A DNA stretch of 64,000 nt from Micrococcales bacterium (GTDB taxonomy: Bacteria > Actinomycetota > Actinomycetes > Actinomycetales > Microbacteriaceae). The position numbers and the translations under genes are program-made. Every line of letters starts with the position of its first letter. The first letter of the stretch is position 1. The DNA is taken from NCBI GenBank assembly GCA_947452985.1, contig CANGEU010000003.1, forward strand, positions 34,284 through 98,283, read 5' to 3'. The notes under the pieces are model-generated. The model was not told where the DNA came from and ran no database searches. It worked only from the letters and a program-made list of their open reading frames with translations. Positions 25,900-35,164 of this stretch are shown piece by piece.

Positions 25900-28200
25900 T
25901 TACGCACGACGTCGTCCTCTAGGACGATTTGCCAGAGCTAGCGCCAGGAGCGCAATACCAATCGATACCCACGATTCTGGCTTCAACGCATCCATGTTTG
26001 CTGTTGCTCTACTTGGCAATGCCGGAGCGGTGACCTTGCCATTCCTCACCGAGGGCGCCTGCGGAAAGGTTTGGTGGAGGTTTCCATTTGGGTTCTGCGG
26101 AAAGGCTTGGAAAGTGGTCGGCTGAATTACTGTAGCTGCCTGAGTGATTTTTGCAATCGGTGAATCAACCTCTAGGTTTGGGCCGATGTTGCCGTGGCTA
26201 TCGGTAACCGTTTTAGGTAGCAAGGTGAGCTTGAGAGTGCCTTGACTGCAGGTTGCGGTGTCGACTCGATAAACCCGATTGGCGGTTAGCTCTGCCAGCG
26301 CGAAGGTGCAGCCCTTGGCAGTGCCACTTCGTGAAAGCGAGTTGATAGTAAGCCCGGTCACCAATTCGTCGAAGCGAAGTTCAAAGCTCGGGCTCAGGGA
26401 TTTGTCTGTGCGATCGAGTTCGGTAATTGTGGCCCCTGGTGCCAAGGTATCGACCGACCCGTTGTTGTTGCTCTGATCGGAGGTTGGTCCGAAGTTACCA
26501 GCCTCATCCTTGGCGGCCAGAGACTTGACGGTGAGCCCGCTTGAACCAGCGCAGCCCGCTACGTATACGTGATAACTGCTTCCTTGCCCGTCTACCTTGC
26601 TTACCGAGCATCCAGGCCCGGATAGTGTGAAAGCGTTCGCGGTAATGTTCACAACCGGCTCACTAAAGGTGACCGAATAATCGACCAAATCGGCCGAAGT
26701 GGCGCTGGTGATTGAAGCCAGGGTCGGCGCCTCGTAATCGGCCAAAATATCGCCGCTATACAGTTCGGAAGCTGGGCTTAGGTTGCCGGCCAGATCGTGA
26801 ATCTGATTCCGCTTCACGGTTAATTGCACGTTTGCCCCGCTGTTGCAGTTTTGAATCGAAATCTGAGCCGTGGTGGCGTTAGTCATAGTTACCGAAGAGA
26901 TGACACAACCACTTCCGGAAATCTGAAAAGCGTTCACGGTTGGAAGCACGAAAGGTTCCTCTGCGGTGAGCGTGAAGTTCAACACCGACGAATTGCTGGG
27001 TGAGGTTGGCGATGAAAGCTTTAACGCGGCCGGCTGATTATCGACCGTGACCATGCTTGAGGCAAAAGTTTCCGTGGCCGGACCGAAACTTGAACCATAG
27101 ACCGAGAGCGGTCTGATGGAGAGCTTGATGGTTCCGCTTGAACAGCCACCCACCTGAATATCAAAGGTGTACCCATCGCCCGCAGTGCTAGCAACCACGC
27201 AGCCAGTCGCGGTTCCACTGAATCCGAAGTCCCAAGGATCAACATCCGTTACGAACTGGTCGAAAGCAAGTTGGAAGGCGGCTCCACCGCTGGTTGATGT
27301 GGCACCGCTGGTCGGCGCAAAGGCCGTGATGCGCGGAGCGAAGGTGTATCGAATTACAACTTGCCCGTTTCCGGCACGAACCCCGGCTTGATGAGAAATA
27401 TTTGAGGTCAGCGCCATGGTCGCGAATGACGACCCGCCACCACCACCTGCACCGTCGCTTCCACCCGAGACGTTATCGGAACCACCTCCGCCGCCCCCGT
27501 AGAAGCCGCCACCACCGCCTCCTCCGCCGGCAATGGTGCCTGAACCACCAACTCCACCGAGGGCGAGCGAACCAGCCGTACCGTTACCAGTGGTAACACC
27601 GAGGCCACCAGCGCCGCCAGTCGTTTGGGTTCCACCGCCACCACCGGTAGTTGCCGTGGCACCCTTAGCGCCCGCGGTTGCGAGGGTTAAACCACCAGAA
27701 CCTCCAACTCCACCAATCCAACCGCCGGTTCCTCCGCCGCCTCCAGCCACTACAACTCGGTCGGAAATCGAGGTTGAGGTGCGAAGGTCGGAAGCTCCAC
27801 CGCCAGAGCCTTGGTCGCCGTGCCCGTTGCCTGAAATGCCACCGCCGTTGAAGCCGCCAGCAGCCGAGTTACTGCTTGCTCCTGCTCCGCCAACATAGAC
27901 AAACAGTGACGACGGAATGGCGGCAAAGTCACCGGAGACGGAACCACCCTTGCCTCCGGCGCGACCACCCTGAGCACCATAAACATCGAAGTGAAGCGAG
28001 TTGATTCCGGCGGGCGGAGTCCAAACCGAATAGTCGCCGGTGTAGTCAAAAGTCACCCAACAGGTGCCGTCAACGCAGATCGGTGTTGGGGTCGGGCTTA
28101 CCGCCTGCGACGGTAACGAGATCGCGGTACCCACCAGCGCGGTAAGACCGAGGGTAGCGAAAATGAGTTTGAGCCAGCGGCTAAGTTTCTTTGAATGCAT
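25900..28200 (-). CDS. secreted glycine-rich-domain protein with four Ig-like repeats and a C-terminal TM anchor
   Basis: Start placed at the ATG at 28200 (MHSKKLSRWLKLIFATLGLTALVGTAISLPSQA signal peptide), downstream of the icd terminator hairpin. The Gly-rich domain (about 27320..28090) starts CVDGTCWVTFDYTGDYSVWTPPAGINSLHFDVYGAQGG and ends GNGQVVIRYTF. Four units of about 105 aa with paired Cys follow. The C-terminus is WVSIGIALLALALANRPRGRRRA. Confidence 0.8.
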   Translation of the reverse strand: MHSKKLSRWLKLIFATLGLTALVGTAISLPSQAVSPTPTPICVDGTCWVTFDYTGDYSVWTPPAGINSLHFDVYGAQGGRAGGKGGSVSGDFAAIPSSLFVYVGGAGASSNSAAGGFNGGGISGNGHGDQGSGGGASDLRTSTSISDRVVVAGGGGGTGGWIGGVGGSGGLTLATAGAKGATATTGGGGGTQTTGGAGGLGVTTGNGTAGSLALGGVGGSGTIAGGGGGGGGFYGGGGGGSDNVSGGSDGAGGGGGSSFATMALTSNISHQAGVRAGNGQVVIRYTFAPRITAFAPTSGATSTSGGAAFQLAFDQFVTDVDPWDFGFSGTATGCVVASTAGDGYTFDIQVGGCSSGTIKLSIRPLSVYGSSFGPATETFASSMVTVDNQPAALKLSSPTSPSNSSVLNFTLTAEEPFVLPTVNAFQISGSGCVISSVTMTNATTAQISIQNCNSGANVQLTVKRNQIHDLAGNLSPASELYSGDILADYEAPTLASITSATSADLVDYSVTFSEPVVNITANAFTLSGPGCSVSKVDGQGSSYHVYVAGCAGSSGLTVKSLAAKDEAGNFGPTSDQSNNNGSVDTLAPGATITELDRTDKSLSPSFELRFDELVTGLTINSLSRSGTAKGCTFALAELTANRVYRVDTATCSQGTLKLTLLPKTVTDSHGNIGPNLEVDSPIAKITQAATVIQPTTFQAFPQNPNGNLHQTFPQAPSVRNGKVTAPALPSRATANMDALKPESWVSIGIALLALALANRPRGRRRA

Positions 28201-28214
28201 GCCCACAAATGTAG

Positions 28215-28242
28215 AACTCCCGCCGATTTCTCGACGGGAGTT
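28215..28242 (-). terminator. hairpin downstream of icd (putative terminator)
   Basis: AACTCCCG (28215..28222) pairs with CGGGAGTT (28235..28242), with an inner CGA/TCG pairing. It lies 21 nt after the icd stop. There is no strong U-tract. Confidence 0.5.
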
Positions 28243-28262
28243 ATCCACAACTTGCTTAAGCT

Positions 28263-29480
28263 TTACGCTAGGCGAGCCTTCAAGTTGGTAGCAATCGACG
28301 ACATGAATTCGTCGGTGCTCTGGAAGGCCTGGCCCTTGCCAACTAGACCTGCTAGGTCCTTGGTCATGTCGCCAGCTTCAACGGTCTTCACAATGACGTC
28401 CTCGAGGGTTTCCGCAAACTTGCGAACCTCAGGGGTGCCATCGATCTCGGCACGAGCAATAAGTGCACGAGTCCAAGCAAAGATCGAAGCGATCGGGTTG
28501 GTCGAAGTTGACTTACCAGCCTGATACTCGCGGTAGTGACGAGTCACTGTACCGTGAGCAGCCTCGGCCAAAGTGGTCTTGCCATCTGGGGTGGTAAGCA
28601 CCGAGGTCATTAGACCTAGTGAACCGAAACCCTGAGCCACGGTGTCCGACTGAACATCGCCGTCGTAGTTCTTACAGGCCCAAACGTAGCCACCCTCCCA
28701 CTTGAGAGCTGCAGCCACCATGTCGTCGATTAGACGGTGTTCGTAGGTGATGCCGGCAGCCTTGAAGCGGTCGGCGTACTCGGCGTCGAAAACTTCCTGG
28801 AAGGCGTCCTTGAATGCGCCGTCGTAGGCCTTCAAGATCGTGTTCTTGGTCGAAAGGTAGACCGGGTAGTTACGGCTTAGACCGTAGTTGAAGCTCGCGC
28901 GAGCGAAGTCGCGGATCGAGTCCATGTAGTTGTACATACCCATGGCCACACCACCGTGCTCTGGGTAGTCGGCGATGGTCTGAGTCACGACTTCGCCACC
29001 GTCGGCAGGAGTCCAAGTAATGGTTACGCGACCGGCGCCTGGCACCTTGAAGTCGGTTGCCTTGTACTGGTCACCGTGAGCGTGACGACCGATGATGATC
29101 GGCTTGGTCCAGCCAGGTACCAAACGTGGAACGTTCGAAATGATGATTGGTTCGCGGAAAACAACGCCGTCCAAGATGTTACGGATGGTGCCGTTCGGGC
29201 TCTTCCACATCTTCTTTAGCTTGAATTCCTCAACGCGCGCTTCATCAGGGGTGATGGTGGCACACTTCACACCGACGCCGTGTTGCTTGATTGCGTGAGC
29301 AGCGTCGACAGTGACCTGGTCATCGGTAGCATCGCGGTTTTCGATTGAAAGGTCGTAGTACTCGAGGTCTACGTCAAGGAAAGGCAGGATCAAATTGTCT
29401 TTGATGTTCTGCCAAATAATGCGGGTCATCTCGTCGCCGTCGAGCTCGACAACCTTGCCTACAACTTTGATTTTTGTCAT
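28263..29480 (-). CDS. icd: NADP-dependent isocitrate dehydrogenase (homodimeric, eukaryote-like subfamily)
   Basis: 405 aa. [20 protein letters not shown]-terminus and overall length are typical of this subfamily. Confidence 0.9.
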   Translation of the reverse strand: MTKIKVVGKVVELDGDEMTRIIWQNIKDNLILPFLDVDLEYYDLSIENRDATDDQVTVDAAHAIKQHGVGVKCATITPDEARVEEFKLKKMWKSPNGTIRNILDGVVFREPIIISNVPRLVPGWTKPIIIGRHAHGDQYKATDFKVPGAGRVTITWTPADGGEVVTQTIADYPEHGGVAMGMYNYMDSIRDFARASFNYGLSRNYPVYLSTKNTILKAYDGAFKDAFQEVFDAEYADRFKAAGITYEHRLIDDMVAAALKWEGGYVWACKNYDGDVQSDTVAQGFGSLGLMTSVLTTPDGKTTLAEAAHGTVTRHYREYQAGKSTSTNPIASIFAWTRALIARAEIDGTPEVRKFAETLEDVIVKTVEAGDMTKDLAGLVGKGQAFQSTDEFMSSIATNLKARLA

Positions 29481-29498
29481 GATTCCTAGCCTAATTGT

Positions 29499-31151
29499 TT
29501 AGTGATAAAAGTGGCGTTCGCCGGTGAAGTACATAGTGATACCGGCTGCTTCAGCCGCATCAATAACTTCTTGGTCTCGCATCGAACCCCCAGGTTGCAC
29601 GACTGCGCGCACTCCGGCTTCGATGAGAATCTCTACCCCGTCTTTGAACGGGAAGAAAGCGTCGCTCGCTGCAACCGAACCCTTGGCTCGGTGCCCGGCG
29701 CGATCTACTGCCAGTCGGCAGCTGTCAACACGGTTGACCTGGCCCATGCCAACGCCGACCGAAGAGCCGTCTTTGGCGAGCAAAATTCCGTTTGACTTCA
29801 CGGCTCGGCTGGCACGCCAGGCGAAGGTGAGGTCGTGGAGAGTTGCGGCGTCGGCTTTTGGACCGGCCACAAGTTTCCAGTTTGAAATGTTTAGGCTGGT
29901 GAATTCGTCTGGGCTTTGCACCAACAAGCCACCAGAAATCTGCTTAATCTCCAAAGCTTCGCGTGCATAGTTGGCAGGAAGTTCCAGAATCCGCAGGTTC
30001 TTCTTGGCAAGCAGGATTTCTAGCGCGGCCAATTCGAAACCGGGAGCCACAATCACTTCGGTGAAGATGTCGGCAATCTGCTTAGCCATGGCTTCAGTGA
30101 CTGGGCGGTTGGCCGCAATTACGCCGCCGAACGCCGAAAGTGGGTCGCACAGGTGGGCCTTCGCGTGAGCGTCGGCGATTGGGTCGACTTCATCGGTGGA
30201 GCCAACCGCAATACCGCAAGGGTTGGCGTGCTTGATGATGGCAACCGCTGGGTCGTTGTGGTCGTAGGCCGAACGAACCGCAGCATCGGCGTCAACGAAA
30301 TTGTTGTAACTCATTTCCTTGCCGCCAAGCTGTTTAGCCTGAGCGATACCGGAAACCGAGCCTTCACCGGTTGAGCGATAAAGCGCTGCCGGCTGGTGAG
30401 CGTTCTCACCGTAGCGAAGAATGTTCACCAATTCGCCACCCACGGTCAGTTCAGCTGGGAAGCCAGGGTTCTTGCTCTCGTTGTCGTCGGTCTGGCCAGC
30501 TTCGGCCTTCCACTGCGACGACAGTTCGCGAGCGAACCATTCGGCAACCGCGGCGTCATAGCGGGCGGTGTGTGCAAAAGCATTAGCCGCCAGTTGGCGA
30601 CGCTGCTGAAGTGTGGTGCCGCCTTCGTTTAGAGCAACGATGATTTCGTCGTAGCGGGTTGGTTCAACCACGATTGCCACGTTCGCGTGGTTCTTGGCCG
30701 AGGCTCGAACCATCGCTGGTCCGCCGATGTCAATCTGGTCAACCACGGCTTCGCCCTTGGCGCCAGAGGCCACGGTTTGCATGAACGGGTAAAGGTTCAC
30801 AACTACCAGCTGGAAAGCTTCGATGTCGAGGTCTTTTAGCTGCGCCTCGTGATCCATCAAGCGCATGTCGGCCAGTAGCCCGCCGTGAATCTTCGGGTGC
30901 AAGGTCTTTACTCGGCCGTCGAGCGATTCTGGGAAACCGGTCACTTGTGAAACTTCAGTTACCGCAAATCCAGCATCGGCAATGGTCTTGGCGGTCGAAC
31001 CGGTTGAAACTAGGGCAACACCAGCATCGCTGAGTGCCTTGGCAAGTTCCAAAAGACCCGTCTTGTCGGAAACCGAGATGAGTGCTCGCTTGATTTCAAC
31101 TCGGTCGCGGTGGCGATAGTCATTTGGCTTGTGAGGGTTCTGCGCTGCCAT
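29499..31151 (-). CDS. purH: bifunctional AICAR transformylase / IMP cyclohydrolase
   Basis: 550 aa. MGS-like N-domain ([20 protein letters not shown]) plus the AICARFT domain. Confidence 0.95.
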   Translation of the reverse strand: MAAQNPHKPNDYRHRDRVEIKRALISVSDKTGLLELAKALSDAGVALVSTGSTAKTIADAGFAVTEVSQVTGFPESLDGRVKTLHPKIHGGLLADMRLMDHEAQLKDLDIEAFQLVVVNLYPFMQTVASGAKGEAVVDQIDIGGPAMVRASAKNHANVAIVVEPTRYDEIIVALNEGGTTLQQRRQLAANAFAHTARYDAAVAEWFARELSSQWKAEAGQTDDNESKNPGFPAELTVGGELVNILRYGENAHQPAALYRSTGEGSVSGIAQAKQLGGKEMSYNNFVDADAAVRSAYDHNDPAVAIIKHANPCGIAVGSTDEVDPIADAHAKAHLCDPLSAFGGVIAANRPVTEAMAKQIADIFTEVIVAPGFELAALEILLAKKNLRILELPANYAREALEIKQISGGLLVQSPDEFTSLNISNWKLVAGPKADAATLHDLTFAWRASRAVKSNGILLAKDGSSVGVGMGQVNRVDSCRLAVDRAGHRAKGSVAASDAFFPFKDGVEILIEAGVRAVVQPGGSMRDQEVIDAAEAAGITMYFTGERHFYH

Positions 31152-31166
31152 GAAAATTCCTTGAAG

Positions 31167-31754
31167 TTAGTTTTCGGTGCCTAATTTGATCCGGTGCTCG
31201 GCGATGTCCTTGACCACGTTTACCAACAACTCGCGCTCAATTACCTTGATGCGCTCATGCAGTTCGTGTTCGGTTTCATCCGGCAAAATCGCTAACTTAG
31301 CTTGCGCCAATTGCGGTCCGGTATCGACACCTTCGTCGACGATGTGGATGGTCACGCCAGTTTCCAAAGCACCGGCCGCCAAAGCATCTCGCACCCCGTG
31401 CGCACCAGGGAAAAGCGGTAGCAGCGATGGGTGGGTATTAATAAGTTTTGGGCTTAGCGCGCGCACGAAACCGTGCGGCAAAATCTTCATGAAACCGGCC
31501 AGCACGGTGAGGTCTGGTTGAAAACGCTGAACGGTCTCCAAAAGGGTGTTCGCCCACAATTCTCGGCTGCCAAAGTTTTCTGGCGAGATAACAAAAGTTG
31601 GAATTCCAAAGAGCTCCGCGTGCTCCAAACCGCTGCACGACTGATCGGCTCCGACCGCCAAAATGCGTACCGGGTAGAGCGGGTTGTTGGTTGCGTCGAG
31701 CAGTGCGCGGAGGTTCGATCCACTTCCGGAAATGAGCACTACGACACCAAGCAT
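31167..31754 (-). CDS. purN: phosphoribosylglycinamide formyltransferase
   Basis: 195 aa. ISGSGSNL, INTHPSLLP. Confidence 0.9.
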   Translation of the reverse strand: MLGVVVLISGSGSNLRALLDATNNPLYPVRILAVGADQSCSGLEHAELFGIPTFVISPENFGSRELWANTLLETVQRFQPDLTVLAGFMKILPHGFVRALSPKLINTHPSLLPLFPGAHGVRDALAAGALETGVTIHIVDEGVDTGPQLAQAKLAILPDETEHELHERIKVIERELLVNVVKDIAEHRIKLGTEN

Positions 31755-31763
31755 TACTAAAGT

Positions 31764-33038
31764 TTACCTTTTCAAATGCTCAGGGATTGGGCTAGCCGCG
31801 TTCGGCTTTGCCGCATAGAACGAGGCGAGGAAAGCGATGACGCCAACCTCCAAAAATACCCAGACGAATATCCAGAGCGGATCTGCGCCAATATTTTGCA
31901 TTCGACCAGGGCCGATCGCGGCATGCGTTAGCAGAGCCAAGATGGTCATTTCAAGGGCGGCCACAAACCCGATTGATAGACCCATGGCAATTGCAGAGGC
32001 CAGTGGCGTGGCAAAGTTGTGGCGCGCCTCGGCGGCATACTTCTTGACCGCGACCGTGACGCCGAGAGCCACCAATAGCGGCACCACCAAAACGACCATG
32101 CCAACGGTGAAATCGCCGGCTGGGATAGCCCCAAAAACTGGGACGGTTGGCAGCGGACCGAGTGCTGTTCCAAGCGGGCTCACGCTGGAACCGGTTCCGA
32201 TTGCAAAACCTGGCCCGACCAACCATGAGCTCACGTAGTAGGTGAAGTTTGGCAGGAATGCTAACTGCATGAGTGTGGCACTGAAACCGCCAAGAATTCC
32301 ACCCTGCAACTGCTCGTAAAGCTGAATTACGTTAAGCCAGTTGTAGCCGAGCAACACCGCAAAAACCACTGCAGAAATTAGTTGCAGCACGAAGACGAAA
32401 GCGGTGCCGGCGCGCAGCGCGGGTGAAGCCACCGAGCGAACCACCCAGTTCACCTTTTCGCCAATTCCTTCAACAAACTCGCGGCCGGCAATGCGCTCGG
32501 CAGCCAAGTTTAGTTTCACTGCAGTATGCGGAAGCGCTCCAAAAAGCGAACCACAAACCACACCGCCGGTGAAAACGATGACTGGCACAAAGTAGGCGGC
32601 AATCGGGTCTGGGCTAAGTTCTTTGGTTGCCGAAAGCGACAGGAGCAGGGCCGAAACTCCGCCATACGCCAAGGCCGAACCAATCCAGGCTGGCCAGAGT
32701 TCCAGCGAACCAAAAAGTCTTTTTCCACTTCGCCAACCGAGTGCAAAAATGAGTAGCGCAGCACCGAGCGGTAGCACAGCGATTGCGAAGGCAGGGATCT
32801 CTAGACCGGCAAAAGTTGATGCAGCAAAGTTAATGGCAACCCCGTGCAATGCAAACCAGATATCGATGGCATTGCGGAAAGCACTAAACCAGTCGGTGGT
32901 TGCTCCAGCATCGAGCCACCAACTTAAAGAAGAACCGGCAACGAGAATCGCCAGAATCGCCACTGCCGATACCAGTGCATCAAGTGCACCAATCAGAAGC
33001 GCGACCCCGCGGGTCCCGTTACCGGTTTCCTTAGCCAA
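31764..33038 (-). CDS. polytopic membrane protein, PerM-like (DUF6350) by position
   Basis: 424 aa with more than 8 TM segments. It lies between sucD and purN, as perM (Rv0955) does in M. tuberculosis as I recall it. Sequence-level family membership was not verified. Confidence 0.6.
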   Translation of the reverse strand: MAKETGNGTRGVALLIGALDALVSAVAILAILVAGSSLSWWLDAGATTDWFSAFRNAIDIWFALHGVAINFAASTFAGLEIPAFAIAVLPLGAALLIFALGWRSGKRLFGSLELWPAWIGSALAYGGVSALLLSLSATKELSPDPIAAYFVPVIVFTGGVVCGSLFGALPHTAVKLNLAAERIAGREFVEGIGEKVNWVVRSVASPALRAGTAFVFVLQLISAVVFAVLLGYNWLNVIQLYEQLQGGILGGFSATLMQLAFLPNFTYYVSSWLVGPGFAIGTGSSVSPLGTALGPLPTVPVFGAIPAGDFTVGMVVLVVPLLVALGVTVAVKKYAAEARHNFATPLASAIAMGLSIGFVAALEMTILALLTHAAIGPGRMQNIGADPLWIFVWVFLEVGVIAFLASFYAAKPNAASPIPEHLKR

Positions 33039-33041
33039 TGT

Positions 33042-33929
33042 TTAGAGGTTGGCGATAACTTCGCGCATCAAAGCTGCGGTCTCGCTTGGGGTCTTACCAA
33101 CCTTCACGCCAACAGCTTCGAAAGCTTCCTTCTTCGCCTGCGCAGTTCCGGCCGAACCGGAAACGATTGCACCAGCGTGACCCATGGTCTTACCCTCAGG
33201 TGCGGTGAAACCAGCAACGTAGGCAACAACCGGCTTGGTTACGTTGTCCTTGATGTAGGCAGCAGCCTTCTCTTCCGAGTCGCCACCAATTTCACCAATA
33301 AGAACGATTGCCTTGGTCTCTGGATCCGCTTCGAAAGCAGCCAGTGCATCGATGTGAGTGGTGCCAATAACTGGGTCTCCACCAATACCGATTGCGGTTG
33401 ACATACCGATGTCACGAAGCTCGTACATCATCTGGTAGGTCAAGGTACCCGATTTGGAAACTAGACCAATCGGGCCAAAACCGGTGATGTCTGAAGGAGT
33501 GATTCCAGCGTTCGACTTTCCCGGGCTGATGATGCCTGGGCAGTTTGGACCGATGATGCGAGTCTTCGCACCCTTCGAAACGTTGTATGCCCAGAAGCTA
33601 GCCGAGTCGTGGACTGGGATGCCCTCGGTAATTACAACAAGCAGTGGAATCTCGGCGTCGATAGCCTCGACAGCTGCAGCCTTCGAGAAGGCCGGTGGAA
33701 CGAATGCCACCGAAACATTTGCGCCAGTAGCAGCCATAGCTTCAGCAACGGTACCGAAGATTGGAAGGGTCTTACCCTCAACCTCAACGGTCTCGCCAGC
33801 CTTGCGTGGGTTCACGCCACCAACAATGTTCGATCCGCCCTTAAGCATGCGACCAGTGTGCTTCATACCTTCGCTACCGGTCATACCCTGAACGATGATC
33901 TTTGAGTTTTCGTCTAGAAAAATAGCCAT
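33042..33929 (-). CDS. sucD: succinyl-CoA ligase subunit alpha
   Basis: Start at the ATG at 33929 ([21 protein letters not shown]). Contains GHAGAIVSG. The track start at 34004 overlaps sucC. Confidence 0.95.
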   Translation of the reverse strand: MAIFLDENSKIIVQGMTGSEGMKHTGRMLKGGSNIVGGVNPRKAGETVEVEGKTLPIFGTVAEAMAATGANVSVAFVPPAFSKAAAVEAIDAEIPLLVVITEGIPVHDSASFWAYNVSKGAKTRIIGPNCPGIISPGKSNAGITPSDITGFGPIGLVSKSGTLTYQMMYELRDIGMSTAIGIGGDPVIGTTHIDALAAFEADPETKAIVLIGEIGGDSEEKAAAYIKDNVTKPVVAYVAGFTAPEGKTMGHAGAIVSGSAGTAQAKKEAFEAVGVKVGKTPSETAALMREVIANL

Positions 33930-33951
33930 TTGTTTTAGTCCTTCTAAGTTT

Positions 33952-35112
33952 CTATCGGTTGGCCAGTTCGGCAGCCTTGTCGGCAGCCTCGTCCATGGTG
34001 TCAACCACGGTAACTAGCGGGTGATTGGCTTCAGCCAAGATACGGCGACCTTCAACAACATTGTTGCCGTCTAGTCGAACAACCAAAGGCTTGGTTGCAG
34101 ATGAGCCGAGCTTCTCAAGAGCACCGACGATACCGTTCGCAACGGCGTCGCAGGCGGTGATTCCACCGAAGACGTTTACGAATACGCTCTTGACCTGCTT
34201 GTCGCCAAGAATTACGTCTAGACCGTTGGCCATGACCTCAGCTGAGGCTCCGCCACCGATGTCTAGGAAGTTAGCCGGACGCACGCCGCCGTGCTTTTCG
34301 CCAGCGTAGGCAACGACGTCAAGTGTCGACATAACAAGGCCGGCACCGTTTCCGATGATTCCAACTTCGCCGTCAAGCTTCACGTAGTTGAGGTCCCAGG
34401 CCTTTGCCTTTGCCTCTAGTGGGTCAAGCTCGTCGCGTTCCATTTCTTCACGGTCGGTGTGACGGAACTCGGCGTTGTCGTCCAAAGTTACCTTGCCGTC
34501 GAGAGCCAAGATCTGGCCGTCTTCGGTTTCAACCAGTGGGTTGACCTCAACTAGAGTTGCGTCTTCCTTCACGTAAACCTCGTAAAGCTTTACAAGAACT
34601 GGAGCAACCTTCGCAGCGGTTTCGTCGTCGAACCCACCCTGCTTTGCAATGTCTAGAGCCTTTGCGAGGTCGATGCCCTTTACCGCGTCCACGTTGACCT
34701 TGGCTAGAGCTTCTGGGCGTTCCTCGGCTAGCTGTTCGATCTCCATTCCACCCTCAACGCTGCAAAGCGACAGGAAGGTACGGTTCGATCGGTCTAGAAG
34801 TACCGAGAAGTAGAACTCGCGAGCAATCTTGGCACCTTCGGCAATCATGACGCGCTTTACAACGTGTCCCTTGATGTCTAGGCCAAGAATCTTCGAAGCG
34901 GCTTCTTTGGCTGAAGCTGGGTCGTGAACAACCTTCACACCGCCGGCCTTGCCGCGGCCTCCAACCTTTACCTGAGCCTTGACTACAACGGTGCCGCCAA
35001 TCTTGGCAGCTGCTGCTTCGGCTTCTTCTGGGGTGTCTGCGGTTAGGCCCTGGAGTACTGGTACACCGTACTTCTCGAACAGGTCACGCGCTTGATATTC
35101 AAATAAATCCAC
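33952..35112 (-). CDS. sucC: succinyl-CoA ligase subunit beta
   Basis: Start at the GTG at 35112 ((M)[18 protein letters not shown]), the canonical N-terminus. The track start at 35151 is an over-extension. Confidence 0.95.
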   Translation of the reverse strand: MDLFEYQARDLFEKYGVPVLQGLTADTPEEAEAAAAKIGGTVVVKAQVKVGGRGKAGGVKVVHDPASAKEAASKILGLDIKGHVVKRVMIAEGAKIAREFYFSVLLDRSNRTFLSLCSVEGGMEIEQLAEERPEALAKVNVDAVKGIDLAKALDIAKQGGFDDETAAKVAPVLVKLYEVYVKEDATLVEVNPLVETEDGQILALDGKVTLDDNAEFRHTDREEMERDELDPLEAKAKAWDLNYVKLDGEVGIIGNGAGLVMSTLDVVAYAGEKHGGVRPANFLDIGGGASAEVMANGLDVILGDKQVKSVFVNVFGGITACDAVANGIVGALEKLGSSATKPLVVRLDGNNVVEGRRILAEANHPLVTVVDTMDEAADKAAELANR

Positions 35113-35164
35113 TGTGATTTTCCGTATCTTATCGAGGTGCAAAAGACGCACCTAGTTGTCAAGT

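Noticed and set aside
25903-26019. Possible LPxTG sortase signal (LPSRAT) in the 766-aa protein
   Set aside because: LPSRA is not LPxTG/LAxTG, and it lies about 15 residues before the TM helix. It is recorded only as a TM anchor with a basic tail.
27533-27898. Proline-rich 121-aa ORF (PPPPV...) on the + strand
   Set aside because: It is the antisense reading of the GGN-rich glycine domain of the 25900..28200 gene (GGN read backwards gives NCC, i.e. Pro). This is a composition artefact.
33930-34004. N-terminal extension of the sucD ORF in the track
   Set aside because: The canonical SucD N-terminus [10 protein letters not shown] begins at 33929. The extension overlaps the sucC 3' end.
35113-35151. 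N-terminal extension of the sucC ORF in the track
   Set aside because: The canonical SucC N-terminus (M)DLFEYQA begins at the GTG at 35112.
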